Source of the DNA: Microcoleus sp.
GTDB taxonomy: Bacteria; Cyanobacteriota; Cyanobacteriia; Cyanobacteriales; Microcoleaceae
Length of the DNA: 64,000 bases
Direction of reading: 5' to 3'
Assembly (NCBI GenBank): GCA_042408215.1
Contig: JAYFMW010000007.1
Coordinates: 96,001 to 160,000 of the forward strand
Part shown: positions 47,990-57,570 of the stretch, piece after piece
Numbering within the stretch: position 1 is the first letter of the stretch
Layout: every line of letters starts with the position of its first letter
Notes under the pieces: generated by a model
What the model was told of the DNA's origin: nothing
The model's input: only the letters and a program-made list of their open reading frames with translations
The model's database searches: none
Program-made: the position numbers and the translations under genes

Positions 47990-48618
47990 CAAGATCTAGA
48001 ATCCTGAGAAATCAGAATGATTCATGTATCACCCTCTTGACTCTGTGTTCTCTGCGCCCTCTGCGGTTAAAACATTGCAGTAAAATAGGAATTGAGCAAA
48101 GATCTAGAATCCTGAGAAATCAGAATGATTCATGTATCACCCTCTTGACTCTGTGTTCTCTGCGCCCTCTGCGGTTAAAACATTCCGGTAAAATAGGAAT
48201 CGATCAAAATATAGAATCCTGAGAAATCAGAATGATTCATGTATCACCCTCTTGACTCTGTGTTCTCTGCGCCCTCTGCGGTTAAAACATTGCAGTAAAA
48301 TAGGAATCGATCAAAATATAGAATCCTGAGAAATCAGAATGATTCATGTATCACCCTCTTGACTCTGTGTTCTCTGCGCCCTCTGCGGTTAAAACATTCC
48401 AGTAAAATAGGAATCGATCAAAATATAGAATCCTGAGAAATCAGAATGATTCATGTATCACCCTCTTGACTCTGTGTTCTCTGCGCCCTCTGCGGTTAAA
48501 ACATTCCAGTAAAATAGGAATCGATCAAAATATAGAATCCTGAGAAATCAGAATGATTCATGTATCACCCTCTTGACTCTGTGTTCTCTGCGCCCTCTGC
48601 GGTTAAAACATTCCGGTA
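47990..48618. repeat. 107-bp intergenic tandem repeat, about 5.8 copies
   Basis: tagaatcctg unit starts at 47997, 48105, 48212, 48319, 48426 and 48533. Confidence 0.95.
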
Positions 48619-48748
48619 CAAATCGGTTTCTCGTAATTCTGGAATTTGAGGCGAAGATGAGAACAAAAAACCGGGTTTTTCAGATTAATTCCTTAGCCAA
48701 AAACCCGGTTTCTCATGGTAATTGCTTTTTTTTCCTGACCAACAAACT

Positions 48749-49336
48749 CTAAAGCAGTTCCAAGAAATTGCGTAATAATTGTTTCCCCGAAGTCGTTAAA
48801 ATACTTTCCGGGTGAAACTGTACACCTTCAATATGCGGATATTCCCGATGTCGCACGCCCATAATCGTGCCATCCTCAACCCAAGCCGTAACTTCCAAAA
48901 CTTCTGGACAACTCTGCTTTTCAATTACCAAACTGTGATAGCGAGTTGCAATCATCGGCGATTCCACACCCCTAAAAACTCCGACTCCACTATGTTCAAC
49001 CTGAGAAGTTTTGCCGTGCATTAATATCGGTGCAGAAACAATTTTGCCACCGAATACTTGGCCGATGCTTTGATGTCCGAGACACACGCCTAAAATTGGC
49101 ATAGTCGGCCCCAATTCTTTGATTAATTCCAGAGAAATTCCCGCATCTTCCGGCCGCCCTGGGCCTGGAGAAATCACAACTGCTGCCGGCTGCAATCGGC
49201 GAATTTCTGCTAGGGAAATTTGGTCGTTGCGGTAGACTTGCACCTCTTTTGCTACTGGCAACTCAGCACCTAGTTCTCCTAGATACTGCACCAAATTGTA
49301 TGTAAAACTGTCGTAGTTATCGATGACTATAATCAC
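48749..49336 (-). CDS. trpG: Anthranilate / aminodeoxychorismate synthase component II (glutamine amidotransferase)
   Basis: IDNYDSFTYNL, ISPGPG, GVCLGHQ, RYHSL, QFHPES. Confidence 0.93.
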   Translation of the reverse strand: MIIVIDNYDSFTYNLVQYLGELGAELPVAKEVQVYRNDQISLAEIRRLQPAAVVISPGPGRPEDAGISLELIKELGPTMPILGVCLGHQSIGQVFGGKIVSAPILMHGKTSQVEHSGVGVFRGVESPMIATRYHSLVIEKQSCPEVLEVTAWVEDGTIMGVRHREYPHIEGVQFHPESILTTSGKQLLRNFLELL

Positions 49337-49516
49337 GGGTTAATTTTGATTTTAGGTTTGAGATTTTAGATTTTAGATTGACTCGCTGTCTGAAAGCAAG
49401 GGTTTGAAGATTTTAGATAGATGCCCAAGATAGAAATAGCTGTCATGTTTAATAATAGAACTAACAACCTCAAATTTACCATCTAAAACCTAAAATTTGC
49501 CTGCTGAATAATATAG

Positions 49517-50032
49517 CTAATTGGGGATGGCTAGTTGAACTGCTGTCAGCAAAGGAGGGAGCAAAAGTGCCACTGCGACGATCGCAGCCGCCATTGCTGA
49601 TACCAGCACCGCCCCAGCAGCGCAGTCCTTGGCAATTTTCGCGAGTTCGTGGTAAGATTGGCCCACAGTCAAGTCTACTAGGGATTCGATCGCCGTATTC
49701 AACAATTCCATTGCCAAAACTATGCCAATGGTAACGCCAATCACGGATATTTCCACAGGCTTCAGGTGCAAAAATATTGCCAAGCCGATCGCCAAAGCGC
49801 CAATAGCAGTGTGAATCCGAAAATTTCGCTGAGTTTCAAAGGCGTAAGTTATGCCCGCCCAAGCATATTTAAAACTGGTAGCTAAGCTAGATGCGATTTT
49901 CCATGACAGTTCTCGATTGTATTTTAAGGCTTTTTTCGACCCGTTGACTGTCTGATTGGAAGAGTCTTGCGGCATGGGTAGAAGCTGTGCAATATTTGAT
50001 ATTTTTGAGTATTGATCTAGTGTCATATACAA
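49517..50032 (-). CDS. dgkA: Diacylglycerol kinase family protein
   Basis: SFKYAWAG, NFRIH, ELLNTAIESLVD, AKDCAAGAV; start uncertain. Confidence 0.88.
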   Translation of the reverse strand: MYMTLDQYSKISNIAQLLPMPQDSSNQTVNGSKKALKYNRELSWKIASSLATSFKYAWAGITYAFETQRNFRIHTAIGALAIGLAIFLHLKPVEISVIGVTIGIVLAMELLNTAIESLVDLTVGQSYHELAKIAKDCAAGAVLVSAMAAAIVAVALLLPPLLTAVQLAIPN

Positions 50033-50211
50033 CCAACTTTAAGTGATAAAGACGAGTACATTTGAAGCATGAAAGATTGACTTCATTAAGTCTCGATAAC
50101 TTTCCTAGGTTTTTACCCAACTCTTACTGTAATTTCAGAAAATTATGTTTGACTTCCCATGATTTGTCAACTTACTCTCTACCCAGTCTATCCAATCTAA
50201 AATCCCTGTCA

Positions 50212-50745
50212 TCATGTCTGGATCACAATCCCTATTGCTTGCAGCAATGTTTCTTGTCGATCGAGCATTTGAGTTAGACTGTCTTCATCCGGGTGATCCC
50301 ACCCCAAAAGATGCAGGAAACCGTGGGCTGCAAGCCAAGCTAGTTCAGTCTTCAGGGGATGTCCTTGCTGCTGGGCTTGTCGGTGAGCTGTATCGATGGA
50401 AATCACGATATCACCCAAGTATAGAGGCTGAGATAACAGCATTTCATCTGGCTGAGGACAGTCTACCTCCAAAGCTGCAAAAGCTAGTACATCGGTCGAT
50501 CGATCCTGGTGGCGATACTGAGAATTCAGGGATTGCATCTCGTCATCCCCTGTGAGACGGAGACTGACTTCATAGCCAGGGGCCTCCGGCACATCCGCCG
50601 CCTGGTTTTCCAGCCAAACATTGAACCAAGTTTCCCAGTTTTCGGGTGAAATCTCCCCGCTGGCTGCACTCAGAGGTTGGTTGGAATCGTCAGCCGACTG
50701 TTGGGCTAGCCCGTAACAGTCTTCCACGTTCACCTCGATTAGCAT
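50212..50745 (-). CDS. ybeY: rRNA maturation RNase YbeY
   Basis: LN.QYR..D..TDVLAF, LGDIVIS, HGFLHLLGWDH. Confidence 0.95.
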   Translation of the reverse strand: MLIEVNVEDCYGLAQQSADDSNQPLSAASGEISPENWETWFNVWLENQAADVPEAPGYEVSLRLTGDDEMQSLNSQYRHQDRSTDVLAFAALEVDCPQPDEMLLSQPLYLGDIVISIDTAHRQAQQQGHPLKTELAWLAAHGFLHLLGWDHPDEDSLTQMLDRQETLLQAIGIVIQT

Positions 50746-51039
50746 TTTTTGATTCTCCTGTCAAGCATTTTTATATGTAATTTTTTGTACAATCTCAAAT
50801 TGGGCGATCGAGCTAACAGACTGGTTGCTTTTAGCAGGAACCATACAACAATCTGTTAAACATTGCAAGATGCCGGGACAACAATCAGCTTAACTCCCGA
50901 TTTGTGAAAAATCAAAATAGAAGCTAAAAAACCCGGTTTCTGGCGATCGTCCTCAACCTAAAATGACGCAATCACTACCAGAAACCGGGTTTTTGCGTCC
51001 AGGAATATGGAAATTATAAGCTGATTGTGGGAATCCCGA

Positions 51040-51258
51040 TTACGAATTGAAATAGCGATCGAGAAAAGCCAAACCAACGAGTACGCCCAAAAGTCCAGCA
51101 GCAGTCAAAGCAAAATGAAACAGAGAAGTCGCCCGCTTCCGCACCATATTCCGCATCGCTAGCTTGACATAACTCGGTGGAGGTGCATTGTTTGTCGGCG
51201 CTGTCGGGGTTTCGGCGACGGGTTCTTCGGATGTTGGGGCTGAGGGAGGTTGAGTCAT
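51040..51258 (-). CDS. Small cyanobacterial membrane protein (DUF3285-like)
   Basis: PSYVKLAMRNMVRK..TSLFHFAL motif; ATG start MTQPP preferred. Confidence 0.75.
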   Translation of the reverse strand: MTQPPSAPTSEEPVAETPTAPTNNAPPPSYVKLAMRNMVRKRATSLFHFALTAAGLLGVLVGLAFLDRYFNS

Positions 51259-51395
51259 ATTCGTTATTTTAGAAGGTTGACAGAGCACGCCACGATGTTA
51301 ACAAAAATGTAATATTTTGTGTAGGATTTTTTAGCTTTCACAGGACTTAAGCATGAGGCCCCAGCCCGCCCATAAAACGCCGAAATATCCCTCAA

Positions 51396-51647
51396 TCATT
51401 CCATCAATCCCCTCTCCCGCAACAAAGCATCCGCCCAAACAGCATCGGTTTCCGACGGCGCAGGTAGTAACTCAGCCGTATAATCGAGGGTAAAATCATA
51501 GGCGGCGCGATCGTACACAACTCGATATTTGGGTACCAGTTGGGGAACTAAAGCATCTGCGATCGCCACTATCAACCGATTATGAACTTCTGGCAAAAAA
51601 TCAGGACTTTCTCAATAGGGATTCATCCCCGGAAATGGATTAGTCAT
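51396..51647 (-). pseudogene. DUF4058-like pseudogene
   Basis: MTNPFPGMNPY*ESPDFLPEVHNRLIVAIAD: in-frame TGA, and far shorter than the family (internal deletion). Confidence 0.72.
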
Positions 51648-51863
51648 TGATTTAACTCCTATTAATTTACCTACTTCTACCAATTTTTTAGGCGGCTGCA
51701 TAGAATCTGATCCCCCCTAACCCCCCTTGGGAGAGGGGTGAGAGGGGGGGACAAGAGTTATTCTTTGCGATCGATCGGGAGCGTCATCAAAATCGGGGCG
51801 CAGATTAACAAAATTTTTGATTTTTTATGTAAAAGTTTTAATATCAGTTATCAACTTATTTTC

Positions 51864-53232
51864 CTAAAAATTACTCTTAATATGTGCTTTAAAAATAGAA
51901 TTTAGCTGAAATTTTGCTGGCTCTTTTCTGGGAACTTTTTCTACTAAACCGCGTCTGGTTAAAGATTGTAGAATGTGCAGAAATTTAGCTTGAGATACTT
52001 CCATATTAGCAGGTTTTTGGGAAATATCTATCGGTTCATCTTGATGGGCTAACCAGTCTATCACATTTGTTTCTAATTCTGATAACCGCTCTAACTGCGA
52101 TTCTAAATATAATTCTATATCACCTAAAAATAAGTCATCTTCATCTGTCAGAAAAAGGGAAACCCTCCCGTTAAATAACTCTATAATTGTTGAAGCAATA
52201 ATATTTAACCAAGCTGGATGACTTTGATATAGTGTTATTAATTCATCCCATTTTTCCTCATCTTGTAAATCTTTTTGTCTCAAGATTTCTTTGGCTTCTT
52301 CTCCTAATCCTTGAAGTTGTAATACTCTTGTGTGTTTGTTTTCTTTTTCTAAAGTCTCTATTTCTCCAGGTTTTTCCCAACTAATTAAAATTAAACAACT
52401 TTGATGAGATAAGGTAGCAATTTGCTGAAAAAATTTACAATAATCTTTATAGTCTGTTAAATACTGACCCGCAAAGTTACCAGTTTTAAAAATATTCTGC
52501 ACGTCATCAAGGATTACTAAACAACGAGATGAGCGAAAATAATCTATTATTTCTGGTAATGGAGTTGCGTGGGATTGAGAAAAAAACTGTTTAAGTTCAT
52601 CTTTAAGGTCGATCAGTTTAGGTAAATGCTCAAGACTGCGATAAATAATATAATCGAATTGTGTGTTAATTTCTGAGATTAATTTCAGGGTTAAAGCCGT
52701 TTTTCCTATGCCACTCAATCCATAAATTGTGATTAATCTAGTCTTATCTTCTAAAATCCATTCTTTAAGAGTATAAATTTCTGAATTACGCCCGTAATTA
52801 TAGTTCAATTCTGGTGCTGTTGTTAGCTCAATTACTGGGGATTTATTTTCGTCTTGGGGAGAGCGCGTTTCTATATCCTCTAAAGATTGAGGATTTTCCC
52901 TACAAATATTAACATGACTATTAATATAATTACTAATAGTGTGTGAAGCATTACCGAAATTATTGATAGTAGAACCAGCTTTATTTTCTAAAATAGAACG
53001 AACATTCTTTTGTTCAATCTCTTTTGAAAAAACATCGGAGAGAAGTTTCCATAATTTTGCTCCCTCTCTTTTAACATGATCGTAACTATAACCATTATTT
53101 CCTCGCAATTTTATGAAAATTTTGACGTTGTAAAACACTTTCTAATATAGATTTGTGTAAAGAATCAAGATGTTGTCCTGTTTTAGCGAATACCTGTTCA
53201 TCAGTCCATTTTGACAATTCTTGAATGTCCAT
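51864..53232 (-). pseudogene. NB-ARC/NACHT-like STAND ATPase, apparently frameshifted near 53100
   Basis: ATG 53232 gives MDIQELSKWTDEQVFAKTGQHLDSL...KIARK*, continuing in another frame as NNGYSYDHVKREGAKLWKLLS; Walker A GLSGIGKT, Walker B LVILDD. Confidence 0.72.
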
Positions 53233-53523
53233 ATATTTTTAACCTCACTCAATCTTTTTAGTTTAGCCACTAAAACCCACTTTTTGCCACTAAAAGTTAA
53301 GTTTTGTAAAAGATTACTAAAGATTAGCACCCAATGACACTATATCACACCAAATCCCACTATATCAATTTTGCTAGAAGATGCCACTCCAGTCTAAAAA
53401 TTAGAAAGTAAAATGTGAGATATTAAGTGAACAAGCATGAATTTGCTTGTTGGCTTGAGTAGTCATTATGATACCGCATTTTGCGGTGGAATTATCAAAG
53501 GATTATTCTTGGGAGGTTTTCTC

Positions 53524-53742
53524 ATGGCTGAATCATCTGAATCATACGGTAAAGAACTGGCGAAAGACATAGGAAAGACAGCCGCTAGATCCGTCACCCA
53601 AGCAGTGGTAGGCTCGGCTGTAGTCGGATTGATTGGCCTTGTCCTAACAGGTGGTAATCCGGCAGGGGCAGTCGCTGGTGCTAAGATGGAGGTGCTAGGG
53701 CATTGGGGCTGGATTCGGCGGAGCGGAGGATTTTCCTCTTAG
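53524..53742 (+). CDS. Small Gly/Ala-rich hydrophobic hypothetical protein
   Basis: ggagg RBS before ATG 53524; VVGSAVVGLIGLVLTGGNPAGAVAGA. Confidence 0.45.
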   Translation: MAESSESYGKELAKDIGKTAARSVTQAVVGSAVVGLIGLVLTGGNPAGAVAGAKMEVLGHWGWIRRSGGFSS

Positions 53743-54117
53743 TGAATTGTAAAGTGGGTAAAATGGCTAAAAATCTTATTCAAAAATCTGATAGAGATTA
53801 ATTCCGTTTTACCCATTTTGTATTTCTTGTTCAATTAAAGCAAGAAGTTGTAAAATATTCCTTGACTCACTAGCTTGAACAATTAACTCATCTCCGACAT
53901 GAACATGATGGGGAAAATTCGGTAAATCGGGAAAATGTTCTACATTATCCCAGCGTTTTTTTAATCCTTACGCAAAGAAACCGGGTTTCTATGAAAAATC
54001 GTCGGTTTGAAACTAAATATCTACGCAGAAACCCGGTTTCGAGTCTCCTCGTGCGTAAGTCCTGAACTCAATTATGATACCGCAAAATGCGGTGGAATCA
54101 TAGGTTAAGCATTAACA

Positions 54118-54300
54118 TTAGGAAAAAAATTCTATACTTTGCATCGTCCTTATTTTAGCAATGGTGGGATTCTTTGGTTTGTCTATAGTAGCAGGCATGA
54201 TTGTATTAGCCTCAATGCTACTAATTAGCAAGTGATGTACTTGAGGCCAAAAGTCAGGACTTTCTAAATAAGGATTCATCCCCGGAAATGGATTAGGCAT
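54118..54300 (-). pseudogene. Second DUF4058-like N-terminal fragment
   Basis: MPNPFPGMNPYLESPDFWPQVHHLLI, then unrelated sequence; same upstream leader as 51647. Confidence 0.65.
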
Positions 54301-54416
54301 TGATTTAACTCCTGTTAATTTACCTACTTCTACTTTAGCCGATCGATTAGAAAAACGCAGACAATATCAAACTATAATCTGCGTTAATCCCCGTGCATCT
54401 GCGGTTAAAAAATCTC

Positions 54417-56261
54417 CTAAAAATCCCCGTAACTACTAATAGCCCCCTGCAACCTCCGAATAACTTCATCAACCGAAATCGCCCCCAACTCGCCAGAAGC
54501 ACGAGTCCGAATATTCAAACTATTAGACTCAACCTCCTTCGCACCCACAACACCCATCACCGGAATTTTATCCTTCTCAGCATTGCGAATCAACTTACCC
54601 AAACGCTCGCTACTCTCATCAGCTTCCGCACGCATTCCTAGAGCCTTCATCTTCGCCGCCACATCCTTCGCAAACGGCAAAAACTCATTGCTAACAGGCA
54701 ACAAACGCACTTGAATCGGCGCTAACCACAGCGGAAAATCGCCTGCATACTGCTCGATCAAAATTCCGATCAAACGCTCCAAAGAACCGAAAGGAGCGCG
54801 GTGAATCATCACTGGGCGCTTGCGAGTGCCATCTTCGGCGACGTATTCCAGGTCAAAACGTTCGGGCAAATTATAGTCAACTTGAACAGTTCCTAATTGC
54901 CATTCCCTATCCAAGACATCTTGGAAAATGAAATCGAGTTTTGGCCCGTAAAAAGCCGCTTCCCCAATTCCTTCAAAATAATTCATTCCCAAAGTTTCCA
55001 CCGCGCGACGAATCGCACCCTGAGCTTTTTCCCAAGCTTCATCGGAACCGATATATTTATCTAAATTATCTGGATCGCGGAAACTTAAACGCGCTTTAAA
55101 ATTCTTGAGTTGCAAACTCTTGAATACTGACAGAATCAAATCCACCACACTCAAAAATTCTGCATCCAATTGTTCCGGTGTCACAAATAAGTGGGAATCA
55201 TCCACAGTAAAGCCGCGAACTCTGGTTAAACCGCCCAATTCTCCCGATTGTTCGTAGCGGTAAACTGTGCCGAATTCCGCTAAGCGCATGGGCAATTCTC
55301 GATAGGAACGTAGTTCGCTTTTGTAAATTTGAATGTGGAAAGGGCAATTCATGGGTTTCATCACAAAACCCTGTTCGTTTGCTGCGGCTTCGGCATCTTC
55401 TGCCATCAGCGGAAACATATCTTCTTTGTATTTCTGCCAATGTCCTGAGATTTTGAATAAATCGACTCTGGCGATGTGGGGAGTGACTACTTGCAAATAG
55501 CCGCGTTTGATTTGTTCTTGTTTCAAGAAATCTTCTAAAATACTTCTCAAAATCGTGCCTTTTGGTGTCCACAAAGGCAAACCTGGCCCAACTGCATCGG
55601 CGAAAATAAACAAGCCTAATTCTTTGCCTAATTTGCGGTGATCGCGTCTTAGGGCTTCTTCTTTGCGGTGTTTGTATGCTGCTAATTGTTCGGGGGTTTC
55701 CCAAGCGGTGCCGTAAATTCGCTGTAGCTGGGCTTTGGTTTCGTCGCCGCGCCAATAGGCTCCTGCTAGGCTTTCTAGTTCGATCGCCTTTGGATTCAAT
55801 TCACTGGTATTGTCTAAGTGAGGCCCAGCGCACAAATCCCACCATTCGTCGCCCAAATGGTAAAGAGTAATGGGTTCGATCAAACCTGCTAAAATTTCTA
55901 ATTTGTAAGGTTCGTTAATTGCCTGAATGCGTTGCTGAGCTTCCTCGCGGCTAACTTCTTCGCGAATTACAGGTAATTTGCGGTTGATGATTTTGATCAT
56001 CTCTTTTTTAATGGCTTTTAAATCCTGTTCCGTAAATGGTTCGGGAGTGTCAAAGTCATAGTAGAAACCGTTTTCAATCCAAGGGCCAATTGTGACTTGG
56101 GCCTTGGGGAATAACTTCTGTACCGCCATCGCCATGACGTGGGAGGTGGTGTGGCGAATTTTTTTGAGTGGCTCCGACTCGCTGGTGCGGGGTAACTCTA
56201 TTTTAGCGGGCTGTTCTGGAGCGGAAAGGGGTTCTGAGCTAGACATCGGTTGATTTAGCAA
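54417..56261 (-). CDS. thrS: Threonine--tRNA ligase
   Basis: HTTSHVMA, DLCAGPH, RDHRKLG, KPMNCP, YRYEQSG, MIHRAPFGSLER; start may be ATG 56246. Confidence 0.97.
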   Translation of the reverse strand: MLNQPMSSSEPLSAPEQPAKIELPRTSESEPLKKIRHTTSHVMAMAVQKLFPKAQVTIGPWIENGFYYDFDTPEPFTEQDLKAIKKEMIKIINRKLPVIREEVSREEAQQRIQAINEPYKLEILAGLIEPITLYHLGDEWWDLCAGPHLDNTSELNPKAIELESLAGAYWRGDETKAQLQRIYGTAWETPEQLAAYKHRKEEALRRDHRKLGKELGLFIFADAVGPGLPLWTPKGTILRSILEDFLKQEQIKRGYLQVVTPHIARVDLFKISGHWQKYKEDMFPLMAEDAEAAANEQGFVMKPMNCPFHIQIYKSELRSYRELPMRLAEFGTVYRYEQSGELGGLTRVRGFTVDDSHLFVTPEQLDAEFLSVVDLILSVFKSLQLKNFKARLSFRDPDNLDKYIGSDEAWEKAQGAIRRAVETLGMNYFEGIGEAAFYGPKLDFIFQDVLDREWQLGTVQVDYNLPERFDLEYVAEDGTRKRPVMIHRAPFGSLERLIGILIEQYAGDFPLWLAPIQVRLLPVSNEFLPFAKDVAAKMKALGMRAEADESSERLGKLIRNAEKDKIPVMGVVGAKEVESNSLNIRTRASGELGAISVDEVIRRLQGAISSYGDF

Positions 56262-56340
56262 TTAATTTAGTTGCACTGGCTTCTATCTTACTCAGTCCTG
56301 GGCACACCATAAACAGTCCTGGACGCAAGTGTCACAATTG

Positions 56341-56404
56341 GTAAGGTGCGTCAGATCCCAAACCCTCGATAATCCGTTCATAATCAAAGTCTGACGCACC
56401 CTAC
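56341..56404. repeat. REP-like palindrome
   Basis: gtaaggtgcgtcaga...tctgacgcaccctac. Confidence 0.7.
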
Positions 56405-56589
56405 AAGTTGATTGGAATGTGCCAGTTGCGTCCAGGACTGTCTTCAATCCAAAATCCCAAATCTCAAATCTCAAATCGGTCGATCGCCCCAGCCAATTTT
56501 TGTAAATAAATTGAATTTTTGTTAAAAGAATGTTACAATTTGTAAATAGCGTCTAAGATTAAAATAAATAAATAACCCGATTTTGATCC

Positions 56590-56919
56590 ATGCTTAATCC
56601 CAACTTGCCTGAAGCCGAATTGCTCAAATCCATACTGCAACCGCTGTTAGAGGATTTTCATTACTGGTTCGAGCGATCGGCCAACCTTTTAGAAACTGAG
56701 GAAATTGGCTTCATCAGCGCCGAAGAGCAAGCAGATTTACTGGCGCGAGTCAAACAGGCTCAGCAAGAAGTAAGTGCTGCGAGCGCTTTATTTCATGCAA
56801 CGGGAGGTCAAGTTGGGATTGAAACCGCAGCACTGATGCCGTGGCACAGACTGCTCGCTGAATGCTGGCAAGTATCGGCGCGATTTCGCTCATTACAGTC
56901 GGCGAAGCCTGGAAAATAG
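56590..56919 (+). CDS. DUF2605-like conserved cyanobacterial protein
   Basis: LLEDFHYWFERS...PWHRLLAECW; typical neighbour of thrS. Confidence 0.75.
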   Translation: MLNPNLPEAELLKSILQPLLEDFHYWFERSANLLETEEIGFISAEEQADLLARVKQAQQEVSAASALFHATGGQVGIETAALMPWHRLLAECWQVSARFRSLQSAKPGK

Positions 56920-57077
56920 TCAGGTGATTTCAAATTCAACCCGTCGTCAAATCCCAAACCAAGGAAATATCGGCGACAGAATTGACAACATCAAAAAGAT
57001 TTCCAGTTAATAATTTATTAATTGCTGAAACACATTTGTAAATTGCTGTGTGGCTGTTTAGCCCGGAGGAAAATATC

Positions 57078-57389
57078 ATGTTACACCTGCTTTATATCCT
57101 AGCTTTTACCGTTCTTGCCTTTCTGGCCGTCGGTAACTTAATCCGCAGCTTAGTCACGGTAGGTATGGAGTCCCAGCGCCCTCAACAATTTAGACCAAAT
57201 AATCGCTACGCATCCTATCCAGGCTCTCTTGCTGTACCGCATCCAGAACTTTTAGACGAATACGGAAATATTGTCAACGAGCCGCTGTTAGTGATGCGTT
57301 CGCTGACTGTACAAGATGCCCGCGAACAATTAGATGCTCTCTACAAATCATCTCCGGGCGGCAGCGACGAAGGTGGCGAGCTAGTCTGA
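57078..57389 (+). CDS. DUF2973-like conserved cyanobacterial protein
   Basis: MLHLLYILAF...HPELLDEYG...EPLLVMRS; ggagg RBS before ATG 57078. Confidence 0.75.
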   Translation: MLHLLYILAFTVLAFLAVGNLIRSLVTVGMESQRPQQFRPNNRYASYPGSLAVPHPELLDEYGNIVNEPLLVMRSLTVQDAREQLDALYKSSPGGSDEGGELV

Positions 57390-57570
57390 GTTTGGGAAAC
57401 GCAGAGTATTTATACTTACGGGCGATCGCCTGAAAAAAATAATTGGCCGTTAGTTTCTCACTAACGGCCAATTAATAGTGACTTTTGAGAGATACTAAGA
57501 AGGGATCGATCTAAACTTATTGTCGATCGCTCCCGTTTTGTCATCGGCAAAAATGCTCGCTTAAGGCTAG

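Noticed and set aside
47990..48618. Possible CRISPR array
   Set aside because: Units are wholly repeated with no unique spacers, and no cas genes are nearby. The 47920-48222 ORF is a by-product of the repeat.
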